A DNA stretch of 64,000 nt from Planctomycetota bacterium (lineage in GTDB: Bacteria > Planctomycetota > UBA11346), in contig JACDEI010000003.1 of NCBI GenBank assembly GCA_013816485.1, forward strand, positions 77,988 to 141,987, given 5' to 3'. Below the pieces are notes generated by a model, which was not told where the DNA came from, ran no database searches, and saw nothing but the letters and a program-made list of their open reading frames with translations. Below are positions 18,186 through 27,536 of the stretch, one piece after another. The number at the start of each line of letters is the position of its first letter. The stretch's first letter is position 1. A program made the position numbers and the translations under genes.

Positions 18186-19352
18186 ATGCGCAACAGCGTG
18201 ATGCCGATGATACTGGTGATGGTGGTGGGTCTGCTGGCGTGGGGTGCGCTGCGTTCGGACAATCAACCCGGCATCCACGGCCCCGACATCCACCCCAACA
18301 TCTTCCGCCTGCCGAAGAAGGACAAGTTCCACGTCGACTCCGCCGTGCTGCAATCGACCAATCAGGTGCAGGTCGCGGGACAGATACCGGCGAATCTCGG
18401 CGAATCGTGGCGGGTGGTGTTGGTGGTGGCGAAGGATCGTCACGCGCTCACGCGTTCGACTGTGCTCGGCCTGGGCGAACGTCTCACCGCTCATGGGTGC
18501 ATCGCGATCTTCGCGCCACTCGATGCGCCGGCGTTTCCGATGGGCGTCAGCCGCGTGATCACCATCGCCACCGACGAGACGGCGAAGATCCCGACCGTGC
18601 TCGGGGGCGAGGCGCAGGCCACGGTACACGTCAACGCTCATCTCGCGCGTCTGCCGCAGGACCATCCGGCGGCGCCGTTGCTGCCGCATCCCGAAGGCGC
18701 GCTGGCCGCGGACCTCACCATCACCCATCACACCGCGGCACAGGGTGAGGTCGCCGGCTGGGCCAACTGGTGGGCGGCCCTGGGACGTGGTCTGGCTGAT
18801 ACGGCGATTACGCATCTGGCGCCGGGCGGACTGCCGCCGGTGGTCGATGCCGCGACCCGCAAATGGCTGCCGACCATGAGGCCATTGGCCGACTGGGGCG
18901 CGGCGCTGCCGCCGCCGCCAACCACCGAGCGTCTGCGCTGGGATTTCGCTTTCCAGGAACCGCTCGTGCGTGGCTGGATCGGACATGTCACCGGTCTGAC
19001 CTCGCCGGATCGCAGCGGAGTGGAGAAACCTACGCTCGATCAACTGATCGAACGCATGAACGCCGGTAAATGGGAAGCGGTGGGAGCCACGGGTGTGCGG
19101 GTGTTCTCGCGCAAACAGAGTCCTGAGGCGCTCAGCGAATGGTTCAGCATCACCAGCACTGAGCATGGTTGGTCGGTGGCGTGGTGGCAGGAACGTAGTG
19201 GTGCACCGGCGCTGCTCGCCGACTGGGCCACAGCCGCGGCGACTGGTGATCAGTCCGCTGCACATCTGCTGCATGCCCATCGTGACTGCCCCGTGCTGCC
19301 GGCGGAACTACGTGACGCGGCGCGCACGGCGTTGGATGGCGTGAAAAAATGA
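18186..19352 (+). CDS. Hypothetical membrane-anchored protein (388 aa), translationally coupled to the U32 peptidase gene
   Basis: ATG 18186 lies behind GAGGAG, with N-terminal TM MRNSVMPMILVMVVGLLAWGAL. Its stop overlaps the next start (ATGA at 19349-19352). I recognise no motif. Confidence 0.6.
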   Translation: MRNSVMPMILVMVVGLLAWGALRSDNQPGIHGPDIHPNIFRLPKKDKFHVDSAVLQSTNQVQVAGQIPANLGESWRVVLVVAKDRHALTRSTVLGLGERLTAHGCIAIFAPLDAPAFPMGVSRVITIATDETAKIPTVLGGEAQATVHVNAHLARLPQDHPAAPLLPHPEGALAADLTITHHTAAQGEVAGWANWWAALGRGLADTAITHLAPGGLPPVVDAATRKWLPTMRPLADWGAALPPPPTTERLRWDFAFQEPLVRGWIGHVTGLTSPDRSGVEKPTLDQLIERMNAGKWEAVGATGVRVFSRKQSPEALSEWFSITSTEHGWSVAWWQERSGAPALLADWATAAATGDQSAAHLLHAHRDCPVLPAELRDAARTALDGVKK

Positions 19353-21844
19353 AAGCGCGTCGCCGGCCCGAGGTGCTTGCTCCGGTCGGTTCTCCGGACT
19401 GTCTGCCAGCGGCGGTAGCCGGTGGGGCCGATGCGGTGTTCCTGGGCTTGCGTCATTTCAATGCCCGCGGTCGGGCAGAAAACTTCCGCAAAGCCGAACT
19501 CGCGCATCACGTCGCCTATTTGCATCATCACCACGTGAAGTGCTACGTGGTGATGAACACGCTGGTCCATGACGACGAGTATCCCAAGGCGCTCGATCTC
19601 GCCGCCGCGGCCCACGCGGCGAACGTCGACGCGGTGATCATCCAGGATCTTGGCTTGTGGCGTGCGTTGGCGCGTGAACTGCCGGGACTCAAGCGCCACG
19701 CGTCGACTCAGATGACCATCCATCATCCGAGTCAAGTGGCGGTGCTCGCCGCGCTCGGTGCGGAGCGCGTGATCCTGGCGCGTGAGTTATCGTTGGCGGA
19801 GGTCGCCGCCTGCACCCGTGAAGCTGAGCGTCTGGGCATCGAGACCGAACACTTCGTGCATGGCGCACTGTGTTACGCCTTCAGCGGCCAATGCCTGATG
19901 TCGAACTTCGCGGGATGTCGTTCGGCCAATCGCGGGACGTGTGCGCAAAACTGCCGCTTCGATTATACGAGTTCGGAGTCCGGGGTCCGGGGTCCGGAGT
20001 CGGTTGACCCTGGACCCCGGACTCCGGACTCCGGACGCATCGAGACCGAGATCTCGATGAAGGACTTCTCGCTCATCGCACGTATCGGAGAACTCGCGGA
20101 TACCGGCGTCGCCTCGCTCAAGATCGAAGGCCGGCTCAAGGGTGCGGACTACGTCTACACCACCAGCCGCGTCTACCGCGCGGCGACTGAGGCGTGGGCC
20201 GCGGGCAAGAAGTTCGATCCGACCTGGGCGCGCGAACTGCTGAAGGATGTCTTCGCCCGGGCGCAGACCGAGGCGCCGCTGGATGGTGTCTATGGATCCG
20301 CGTCGCGTCTGCATCGCTATGAACCGGAACAGGACCGCGCGCCGGATGCGACGCTGGTGTCCGCTGATCGTCGTCGTGGTGAAGTGGTGGTGCAGAGCCG
20401 CGTGCCCATCACCGCCGGTCAGGGCTTCAGCTTCAGCGTCGGTTTCTTCAATGGTGGATTCCTGGTCATCGGTGCGGATGCGTTGGGTGGTGATCGTTGG
20501 CGGCTCAAGGTGCGTATCGCCGAACACGGGCCACGTCTGCCAGCAGAGACGCCGTTGTTCCGAAACGCCAATCACGAGCGCAAACGTGAGGCCGCCACCG
20601 CGATGGCAGAAGTTCCCGTGCAGGTGGTGGCGGAACCGACCATTGCCTTGGCGCTCCAAGTCAGTGCCCATGTTGGCGCGCCATTGTCGGTCAGCGCGCG
20701 TGCTGCGGATGGTCGTTCAGTGGAGGTCGCCAGCGATACGGCGTTGACCGTCGCTACCGGTCGTCCGGCGGATGAAACCCTGATGCGGGAGAAACTCGGC
20801 GCGTTCGGTGGCACGCCGTGGCATCTCGGTGAGCTGGTGGTGAGCACGGATGGCCGCGCGTTCGCTCCAGCGTCGTTGCTCAAGGATTTGCGCCGTCGTC
20901 TGGTCGACGGTTTGGCGGCGTTGCCCGCCCCCACGATCGCTCCGACCTGGACCCCACCGGAACCTGGGACACCACGCCGGCGAACCACAGCGGTCTGGGT
21001 TGCGGTCGGCAGCATCGCTGCGGGCGAAGCCGCGCTCGCGCACGGTGCGTCAGCGGTGTGGCTGGATGATCCGACCATCGACTGGTGGGGGACCTCGGCT
21101 CCGGCGATGCCAGCCCCTGATGCGCGCTGGTGGTTGCGTCAGGCCGCCACCGCACCGGTCTCGCCGCATCTCGCCCGCTGTGGCTGGGGTGTGGTCGCCG
21201 GACATCTGGGAGTATTGGCGGCGGCGCGCACCGCCGGACTGCCCGCGATCGCGGACTTGTTTTGTAACACCTACTCGACCGAGACCCTGCTCTCCCTGCG
21301 TGACCTGGGGGCGCAGGCGGCGGTCATCAGTCTGGAATGCAGCGGTCGTGAGATCGCGCGCCTCGCCGCACGCTGCGCCACGCTGGCGGATGCCGGAGTC
21401 GCGGTTCCCGCTCTAGCGCTGATCGCGCATGGGCGTCTGCCGGCGATGCTCACGCGTCAGGACCACGGCCTCGCGGTCGGCGCCACACGCACCATCACCG
21501 CTGTGGCACGTGATGGTGGTCTGCCCTATGACCTGCAACGTCGTCGCCATGGCGACACGGTGGTCTGGGAAGGACGTCGCCTGTGCGCGCCGGAACACGT
21601 CGCGCCGACGGCCGGACTGGTGGACGCATGGGTGTTGGAATTGGCGGATCTGGAACCGGCACAGGTGGCAGAGATGACCGCGGCGTATGTCGCGCTCGCT
21701 GGTGGCGGAGGAGACGCGGCAACGATCACCGCGTTAGCTGCCGCACGGTCACCGCACGGATTGTTCACCGGGCATCTGGCGCAGGGCAGTCGTGAACTCG
21801 ACTTGGTGGTCGAACGCATGGAAGCGGGCGAAACAGTGGGCTGA
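19349..21844 (+). CDS. Peptidase U32 family protein, long form (831 aa)
   Basis: The U32 signature EHFVHGALCYAFSGQCLMS and SLKIEGRLKGADYV are present. The N-terminus PEVLAPVGSPDCLPAAVAGGADAVFLG is typical of the family. A long C-terminal extension is present. Confidence 0.85.
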   Translation: MKARRRPEVLAPVGSPDCLPAAVAGGADAVFLGLRHFNARGRAENFRKAELAHHVAYLHHHHVKCYVVMNTLVHDDEYPKALDLAAAAHAANVDAVIIQDLGLWRALARELPGLKRHASTQMTIHHPSQVAVLAALGAERVILARELSLAEVAACTREAERLGIETEHFVHGALCYAFSGQCLMSNFAGCRSANRGTCAQNCRFDYTSSESGVRGPESVDPGPRTPDSGRIETEISMKDFSLIARIGELADTGVASLKIEGRLKGADYVYTTSRVYRAATEAWAAGKKFDPTWARELLKDVFARAQTEAPLDGVYGSASRLHRYEPEQDRAPDATLVSADRRRGEVVVQSRVPITAGQGFSFSVGFFNGGFLVIGADALGGDRWRLKVRIAEHGPRLPAETPLFRNANHERKREAATAMAEVPVQVVAEPTIALALQVSAHVGAPLSVSARAADGRSVEVASDTALTVATGRPADETLMREKLGAFGGTPWHLGELVVSTDGRAFAPASLLKDLRRRLVDGLAALPAPTIAPTWTPPEPGTPRRRTTAVWVAVGSIAAGEAALAHGASAVWLDDPTIDWWGTSAPAMPAPDARWWLRQAATAPVSPHLARCGWGVVAGHLGVLAAARTAGLPAIADLFCNTYSTETLLSLRDLGAQAAVISLECSGREIARLAARCATLADAGVAVPALALIAHGRLPAMLTRQDHGLAVGATRTITAVARDGGLPYDLQRRRHGDTVVWEGRRLCAPEHVAPTAGLVDAWVLELADLEPAQVAEMTAAYVALAGGGGDAATITALAAARSPHGLFTGHLAQGSRELDLVVERMEAGETVG
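19974..20033. repeat. 60-nt near-perfect palindrome of GTCCGGRG units lying in frame inside the U32 peptidase CDS
   Basis: The left arm cggagtccggggtccggggtccggagtc (19974-20001), loop ggtt and right arm gaccctggaccccggactccggactccg (20006-20033) pair at 25/28 positions. The segment encodes ...SESGVRGPESVDPGPRTPDSG... Confidence 0.85.
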
Positions 21845-21866
21845 AGGCGTTGTCTGGCGGCGGAAA

Positions 21867-22292
21867 TCAGTGCCGCGAGAACATGTTCATCAGAATCCAC
21901 AGGACCAGCAGACCGTTGAGTCCGAGCCCGATGCCGGCCACTGCCTTTTGCGAATTCTTCATCACCACGCCGATGATGCCGAGCACCACGCCGATGATCG
22001 GCATGACGAAGGAGAACAGTCCGAGACGGGCGGAGGCCACCAGGCGATTTCCGTCCTCCTGCACCAACGCAGTCATCGCGGAGTTCGCCGCCAGCAGGAG
22101 GAAGAGCCAGAACAGGCCGAAGGCCACCAGGGACAGGATACCGAGCACCAAGCTCTGCTTGCGCGGGCGTTTACCGCTGGCCAGTCCACGTGGTTGCAGA
22201 CGCGACGTGCTCCGTCCGGGGCCGGCGAGGCGTTGAGTCGATTTCCGTTGGGTGCCGGTGGGACGTTGCACACGTCGGGTGGTGGTACGCAT
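21867..22292 (-). CDS. Small membrane protein (141 aa from the first ATG)
   Basis: A basic N-terminus (MRTTTRRVQRPTGTQRKS...) is followed by 3-4 TM helices (LVLGILSLVAFGLFWLFLLLAA, FSFVMPIIGVVLGIIGVV, GIGLGLNGLLVLWILM). It is on the same strand as dnaA and directly downstream of it. Confidence 0.5.
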   Translation of the reverse strand: MRTTTRRVQRPTGTQRKSTQRLAGPGRSTSRLQPRGLASGKRPRKQSLVLGILSLVAFGLFWLFLLLAANSAMTALVQEDGNRLVASARLGLFSFVMPIIGVVLGIIGVVMKNSQKAVAGIGLGLNGLLVLWILMNMFSRH

Positions 22293-22373
22293 AGCCGCAT
22301 TACGCTGGTGATTCTGCGCGACATGCAAGACCGCGGATGTGCCGACTGTGGGAAGATGCCCTGGGCTGACGGG

Positions 22374-23603
22374 TCAGTCGTCCTGATCGCGATCGAGGAT
22401 GCGCTGGGTCATCTCCGCTAAGTCGCGCTGCAGATCCTTGTCCTTGGCCACCCGCTCTTCGGCCTGGCGGATGCTGTAGAGCACTGTCGAGTGGTCGCGT
22501 CCGCCGATCATGCCACCGAGTGCGTCGAGGCTGTGACCAGTGAGGCGGCGGCCGAGCAACAACGCCAATTGACGTGCCTGGGCGACTTCGCGATGGCGGC
22601 GTTTGCTCGACAGGTCGCCTGGGCGCAGATCGTAACGTTCGGCGACCACCTGCACGATGCGATCGAAGCTGGCGTAGTCGGCGCCGACGCCAGGACGTTC
22701 GCCTTCGCGCAGACGGTCGGCGAGTTTCACCACCTGATGCATGTCGGGCGCGAAGGTGTCGACCAACCGCGCGAGTTCGTCCGCCGGGATGTCGTTGGCC
22801 GCCTGGTCGCCCAGGCGACGTAACAACGCGAGGCGGGTTTCCGCGTGCGGCGGTTCGAGCGACACCGCCAGGCCCCAGGCCAGCCGCGTGACCAGCCGAT
22901 CCTCGATCCCGGGCAACTTGCGCGGTGCGGCCGAGCCGGCGATGACGATCTGTTGGCCACGTTCGAGACCGCTGTTGATCAGGTGGAATAGTTCTTCCTG
23001 CGCGAGCGCGCGGTTGGCCAGGGCGTCGATGCCATCGATCACCAGCAGTGCGGCTTTTTCCAGGCGTTGGCGCAGCGGTGAACTGCCGCGTTCAGCCAGA
23101 CGTTGCGCTTCACGGGCGACGAAGTCCGGGCCACTGAAGGCGACCACCGCGTGGTCGTCGAGCATCGCGCGGTATTCCGCTGCGATCGCGTTGACGAGGT
23201 GGGTCTTGCCGCTGCCGGTGGGTCCGTGCAGGTAGAGCGGATTGTGCTCCAGGCCCGGTGCCTCCACCGCGCGGCGGCAAGCGGTGAGCGCCAACTGGTT
23301 GCCGGGATCCTGCAGGAAGGTGGTGAAACGCTGCTCGCTGGCGGTCGGACGATCAGCAACGTCGAGGCGGCAGATCACCTGCAGGCTGAGACCCTTGGGC
23401 TTGAGCAGCGTACGCAGCCGTTCAGCGGCGAGATCGTGGAACACATCACGCCACACCGGATTCGGCACCATCACCACCAGCCGGCTGGCATTGGCGCGCA
23501 GGCGTAGCGAGGGCAGCAGGACCTCGGCGATCTCTGGCGGCAACGCCTGGGCCAGCGCCTTGAGGAAGGGCGCGGCGACCACATCGGTGTCGGTGGGGGC
23601 CAT
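22374..23603 (-). CDS. dnaA: Chromosomal replication initiator DnaA (409 aa, short linker)
   Basis: Motifs: Walker A LHGPTGSGKTHL, Walker B LLVIDGID, RLAWGLAVSLEPP, and the domain IV signature REVAQARQLALLLGRRLTGHSLDALGGMIGGRDHSTVLYSIRQ. Confidence 0.8.
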   Translation of the reverse strand: MAPTDTDVVAAPFLKALAQALPPEIAEVLLPSLRLRANASRLVVMVPNPVWRDVFHDLAAERLRTLLKPKGLSLQVICRLDVADRPTASEQRFTTFLQDPGNQLALTACRRAVEAPGLEHNPLYLHGPTGSGKTHLVNAIAAEYRAMLDDHAVVAFSGPDFVAREAQRLAERGSSPLRQRLEKAALLVIDGIDALANRALAQEELFHLINSGLERGQQIVIAGSAAPRKLPGIEDRLVTRLAWGLAVSLEPPHAETRLALLRRLGDQAANDIPADELARLVDTFAPDMHQVVKLADRLREGERPGVGADYASFDRIVQVVAERYDLRPGDLSSKRRHREVAQARQLALLLGRRLTGHSLDALGGMIGGRDHSTVLYSIRQAEERVAKDKDLQRDLAEMTQRILDRDQDD

Positions 23604-23622
23604 GACGCGGTGGTCGCAGCGA

Positions 23623-25350
23623 TCAGTTCTTGAACGGGATCTGCACTGACTGGGGTTTCGACCCAGGGCGGGCGACCTGGACCGTCACCGAATCTTGGTC
23701 GGTGCGTGCGCGCAGGGCGGCGACGCGTGCTGCGCCTTCTGCCTCCACACCGTTGGGCACCGTCAGGTCGATGGTCAGTGGTTTGCCGGTGGAGACCTTG
23801 GCCTCGGCCGGCTGATCGCTGATGGTCAGCACATAGTGGAACTGCTGCCGGCTGCTGTCGATCGGCTGCGGCCGCTGTTTGATCGCCACGATCGGTGGGT
23901 AGCGCTTGATCAGTCCGCGTTCGAAGGTGTGCAGCACGTGGTCGGTGGCGAACTTGCCGGTGCCTTCGGCGTGACCTTGGATCTCCACCGTCACCAGACC
24001 GGGCTGGCGCGTGACCTTGTAGGATTGCAGGAACACCGGGCAGTCGGTGGGGTTGCTCTGGGAGCCGATGGCGCCGAGCAGTTCGAGCGCGACGCGTCCA
24101 GGGCGGCGCTCGCCATCGATCCACGCCAGGCGCGAGGTATCGAGGCCCTTGGTGGTGCTCAGCTCGTCGAGCTTCTTGCGCTTCGCTTTGGCCACGGGGA
24201 CCAGCCCTGGGGCGTCTGGCGTGCCGTTGAGCGTGGCGATCGATGCCTGGGCTCCAGCGATGTTGAGTTCCTGACGTACCAGCGCGAGTACGAACAACGC
24301 GGCGACGACGGCGGCGGCGACACGCAGGGCGCCCTTGCTCTGCCAGAACTCGCGCGTGCGGCTGCGTTCATCCGCCAACGCGTCGAGCGTGACGTCCTTG
24401 GCGCGCGCCATGCCGATGGCCACCGCCCACGGGCTCGGCAACGCGCTGTGACGGTCGAGCCGGTCGCCCGCGCTGCTCACGCGGATGCCCGAGAACGGAT
24501 TGAGCGGCTTAACCGTCATGCCCATGCGTTCGCCCAACGCGCCGATGAAACCATGCACCTGCGCTCCAGCACCGGTGAGCCAGATGGTCTTGGGATCAAG
24601 CGCGTCGAACTTGAGCTGGGCCTTGGCGAAACGCACGTTGGCGTTGAGCACGCCAGCGATCTGGCTGACTTGGCGTTTGATCGCCTCATGCAGATCACTG
24701 GGCGCACCCTTGCCGAGTTTGGCCACTAGCGCGGCAGCGTCGTTTTCCGGCAGCGTGCGCAGTTCGGCGACACCACGCACCAGTTCGTCCATCCCTGGAG
24801 TCTGCGTGCGCACGAACACCAGGTTGCCGTCATGCACCAGCGCGAGGTGCACGTGTGTCCCGCCGATATCGGCGAGGATCGCGCTGCCGCTCTCCACCCC
24901 GACGGTGGCGCGGTAGGTCTCGTACAGGCCGATCGCCGGATGGGTGAGGGCGGCGAGTTTGCCACCATGTTTGGCCAACGCGCGCTTGAGCTGATCGATC
25001 AGCTTCTGCTTGATGGTCATGGTCAGCAAACGCAGGTCGTCGGCGCCTGGGACCTCGGCGCTGAACCAGCTCACCGCGACGGGTTCATCACCATTCTGCA
25101 ATTCGAAGTGCACCAGCCTGTCGAGTCGTTCCGGCGAGGTCGGCGATTGCAGCATGGTGCGCAGCAGCATGTCATCGTGCGACATGACCACGCGGACCTT
25201 GCCCAGGGGGCTCGGCAGGGGGGCGTTCTCCAGCGCCTGGAGCGGATCGCTGCCAGCCGGTACCGGGAAATGCTCGAAGTCCTGCACCCCGGTGGCATCG
25301 GTGCGGATCAGGCGGATGGCGCGGCTGGAGACCTCGACGGTGGTGAGCAT
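23623..25350 (-). CDS. PilM-like actin-fold ATPase fused to a TM segment and a PilN/O-like periplasmic part (about 575 aa)
   Basis: ILADIGGTHVHLALVHDGNLVFVRT and IWLTGAGAQVHGF are sugar-kinase/actin-fold motifs. The TM helix is ALRVAAAVVAALFVLALV. Start ATG 25350 was chosen over 25404; both are possible. Confidence 0.65.
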   Translation of the reverse strand: MLTTVEVSSRAIRLIRTDATGVQDFEHFPVPAGSDPLQALENAPLPSPLGKVRVVMSHDDMLLRTMLQSPTSPERLDRLVHFELQNGDEPVAVSWFSAEVPGADDLRLLTMTIKQKLIDQLKRALAKHGGKLAALTHPAIGLYETYRATVGVESGSAILADIGGTHVHLALVHDGNLVFVRTQTPGMDELVRGVAELRTLPENDAAALVAKLGKGAPSDLHEAIKRQVSQIAGVLNANVRFAKAQLKFDALDPKTIWLTGAGAQVHGFIGALGERMGMTVKPLNPFSGIRVSSAGDRLDRHSALPSPWAVAIGMARAKDVTLDALADERSRTREFWQSKGALRVAAAVVAALFVLALVRQELNIAGAQASIATLNGTPDAPGLVPVAKAKRKKLDELSTTKGLDTSRLAWIDGERRPGRVALELLGAIGSQSNPTDCPVFLQSYKVTRQPGLVTVEIQGHAEGTGKFATDHVLHTFERGLIKRYPPIVAIKQRPQPIDSSRQQFHYVLTISDQPAEAKVSTGKPLTIDLTVPNGVEAEGAARVAALRARTDQDSVTVQVARPGSKPQSVQIPFKN

Positions 25351-25532
25351 GGCGCTGTGGTAGTCCCTCCCGGACTGGATTCCACCAAGGACGCGAGGGG
25401 GCATCGGTGGTCGCTGATGCGCCGTGGCGCGCGGCGCTACGGATCCCTGCGGATGATGTTGTCCGCCGGCTTGCGCCCCTGCGATGGGGTCCTAGGGTTC
25501 GACGGCACTGCGTTCAAGGCAGGAGGGCAAAG

Positions 25533-26483
25533 ATGCGCGTGAAACTCTGGGGTGTGCGAGGTTCGTTGGCCACGCCGATGACCTCCGCGCAGTTGCGCGA
25601 CAAGGCCCGGGCCCTGTTGGCGGAAGCCAAGCCGGCCGACCTCGCCAACCCCCAAGCGATCGAGGCGTATCTTGACCGCACGCCGCACAGTTGGACCTAC
25701 GGCGGCAACACCTCGTGTGTCGAGGTCGAACTCGACAACCAGACCTGCATCCTCGATGCCGGTACCGGACTGCGCAGCCTGGGACTGAACCTCAAGAACG
25801 ATGGGCGCGATCAGAAACACGCTCTGCACTTCTTCTTCACCCACTTCCACTGGGACCACATCTGCGGGTTCCCCTACTTCGGTCCGATCTACATGCCCGG
25901 TCGGCAGATCGACGTGTGGTCCGGGCGCAGTGACGCCCAGCGCCTGCTGACCACGCAGATGGACGACGCGCACTTCCCGGTGAAGTGGAACATGCTGAAA
26001 AGCGTCATCACCTGCCATCAACTGCCGGAGGACCAGGCGACCACGGTCGGCGAAGCCACCGTGCGCATCATGCCGCTGATCCACCCGGACAAGGCCTACG
26101 GTTACCGCATCGACCACAAAGGCCGTTCGGTATGCTACCTGACCGACACCGAGGTGTCGAAGAATCCCAACAAGGTCGCCGAGCACTACGCGCAGTTTGT
26201 TGATGGTGCCGACGTGGTGATCGTCGATGCGATGTACGGTTTCCTCGACTACCACGACCACATCAACTTCGGCCACTCGACGATCTTCAACTTCATCGAC
26301 TTCTTCCGCGACGCCGACATCGGCGAACTGGTGATCTTCCACCACGACCCGATGGCCAGCGACCCGCAGGTCACGCGCCTGTTCACCGACGCCAAACGTT
26401 ACACCGAACTGGTCGCGCCGACGGCGAAATGGAAGCTCTCAGCCGCCAGCGAAGGGCAGCACTGGGATCTGCCGGGACGCTGA
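25533..26483 (+). CDS. MBL-fold metallo-hydrolase (316 aa)
   Basis: ATG 25533 lies behind AGGAGGG. The HxHxDH motif is FFFTHFHWDHICGFPYF. The track start at 25407 adds an unsupported Arg-rich extension. Confidence 0.8.
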   Translation: MRVKLWGVRGSLATPMTSAQLRDKARALLAEAKPADLANPQAIEAYLDRTPHSWTYGGNTSCVEVELDNQTCILDAGTGLRSLGLNLKNDGRDQKHALHFFFTHFHWDHICGFPYFGPIYMPGRQIDVWSGRSDAQRLLTTQMDDAHFPVKWNMLKSVITCHQLPEDQATTVGEATVRIMPLIHPDKAYGYRIDHKGRSVCYLTDTEVSKNPNKVAEHYAQFVDGADVVIVDAMYGFLDYHDHINFGHSTIFNFIDFFRDADIGELVIFHHDPMASDPQVTRLFTDAKRYTELVAPTAKWKLSAASEGQHWDLPGR

Positions 26484-26492
26484 AATCAGGTA

Positions 26493-26692
26493 GGTCCGAG
26501 CGGTCCGAAGGGTCCGAAGGGTCCGAAGGGTCCGAAAAGTCCTGAAGACACCGGTGTATTGGACCGTTCGTACCCTTCGTACCCTTCGTACCCTTCGTAC
26601 CCTTCGTACCCTTCGTACCCTTCGTACCCTTCGTACCCTTCGTACCCTTCGTACCCTTCGACCCTTCGTACCCTTCGACCCTTCGTACCCCC
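26493..26692. repeat. Asymmetric tandem-repeat palindrome: GGTCCGAAG x5 facing CCCTTCGTA x about 13
   Basis: The left array is 26493-26537 and the right array 26573-26687 (10 perfect 9-mers plus 8-mer variants). The units are reverse complements except for one base. The element starts 10 nt after the MBL stop. Confidence 0.9.
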
Positions 26693-26849
26693 GCACCCAG
26701 GTGGCCATCCATCCCGCTACCAGGGCTTAGGTTCAGGGATTCCCTACCCGCGATCAGCCGTTATCACCCCAGGCCTGCGCAAACCCGCGCAACTGCACCA
26801 GGAAGGCACGGACGTCCGTCCCGGTCGCAGGTGTCCAAGGAGAGTTTCG

Positions 26850-27536
26850 GTGAGTCCCGCGAACGACGATTCCACCCCCAGTCTCGCTCAGCTCGTGGCC
26901 GACACCATCGTGCGTGGTGGCACCAGCGTCGCGTCCTTCGCCCGTGGCTACGACATCCCGTACGTCAGCCTGATGAGGCTGATCAACTCGGGTCAGCCGC
27001 CGCGGCGCAAGGCGGTGCTCGATCCCTTGATCAAGGCGCTCGGCATCGACGAGGCGACCTTCAATGCCGCGTTGGCTAAGTCGAAGGCCAACCCGTTGCC
27101 GGCCGAGGCGCCGCGCCAGAGCGACAACGCGGTCAATCCCTTCCATGCCGCTCTGCTGCGGCTGGTCGAGGAACGCAGCTTCACCACCAAGGCCTTCGCT
27201 GAGGCGGCGGACCTCAGCGTGCTGACCGCGGCCAAGCTACTCAAGCGCGGCGAGCTGCCCGGTCGCCAGACCACCCATGAGAAGCTCAAGGCCCTGCTGG
27301 GGTTGACCGAGATCGCCTACAAGGACCTGCTCGCCTCGTCGCGCACGGTCGAGGCCTCCACCAATCCCGATGGCGAGACCTCGGCGATCGAGCGTAAGAA
27401 TCGCGACGGCTACGTCCCCACCAGCAGCGGCGCGGCGCCGGCGAACACCACCAAGGGCGAGTTGTTCGAACTGATCGACCGGCTGTCGCCGGCGCAGCTC
27501 GTCGCACTCAAGAATTTCCTGCTTTCGGTTCTCTGA
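26850..27536 (+). CDS. Hypothetical protein with two HTH-like segments (228 aa)
   Basis: GTG 26850 lies 5 nt behind AAGGAGAG and is in frame with track ORF 26559..27536. The upstream part of that ORF is only the translated 9-mer repeat (YPSYPSYPS). The HTH-like segments are FARGYDIPYVSLMRLINSGQPP and FAEAADLSVLTAAKLLKRGELP. Confidence 0.55.
   Translation: MSPANDDSTPSLAQLVADTIVRGGTSVASFARGYDIPYVSLMRLINSGQPPRRKAVLDPLIKALGIDEATFNAALAKSKANPLPAEAPRQSDNAVNPFHAALLRLVEERSFTTKAFAEAADLSVLTAAKLLKRGELPGRQTTHEKLKALLGLTEIAYKDLLASSRTVEASTNPDGETSAIERKNRDGYVPTSSGAAPANTTKGELFELIDRLSPAQLVALKNFLLSVL

Noticed and set aside
21792-22421. 209-aa plus-strand ORF bridging the U32 gene end and the dnaA end.
   Set aside because: It overlaps the minus-strand membrane-protein gene. 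Its translation is His/Glu/Gln/Arg-rich without TM helices or motifs, and it would overlap two better-supported genes.
26561-26692. Possible CRISPR array. The other tandem arrays were considered as well.
   Set aside because: The units are 5-16 nt and directly abut one another without spacers. No cas genes are present in the window.
26383-26712. ORFs translating to KGTKGTKGT... (minus strand) and YPSYPSYPS... (plus strand, start of 26559..27536), which look collagen- or repeat-protein-like.
   Set aside because: They are simply the 9-nt tandem array read in frame. There is no SD or start context, and the real downstream gene starts at GTG 26850 behind AAGGAGAG.
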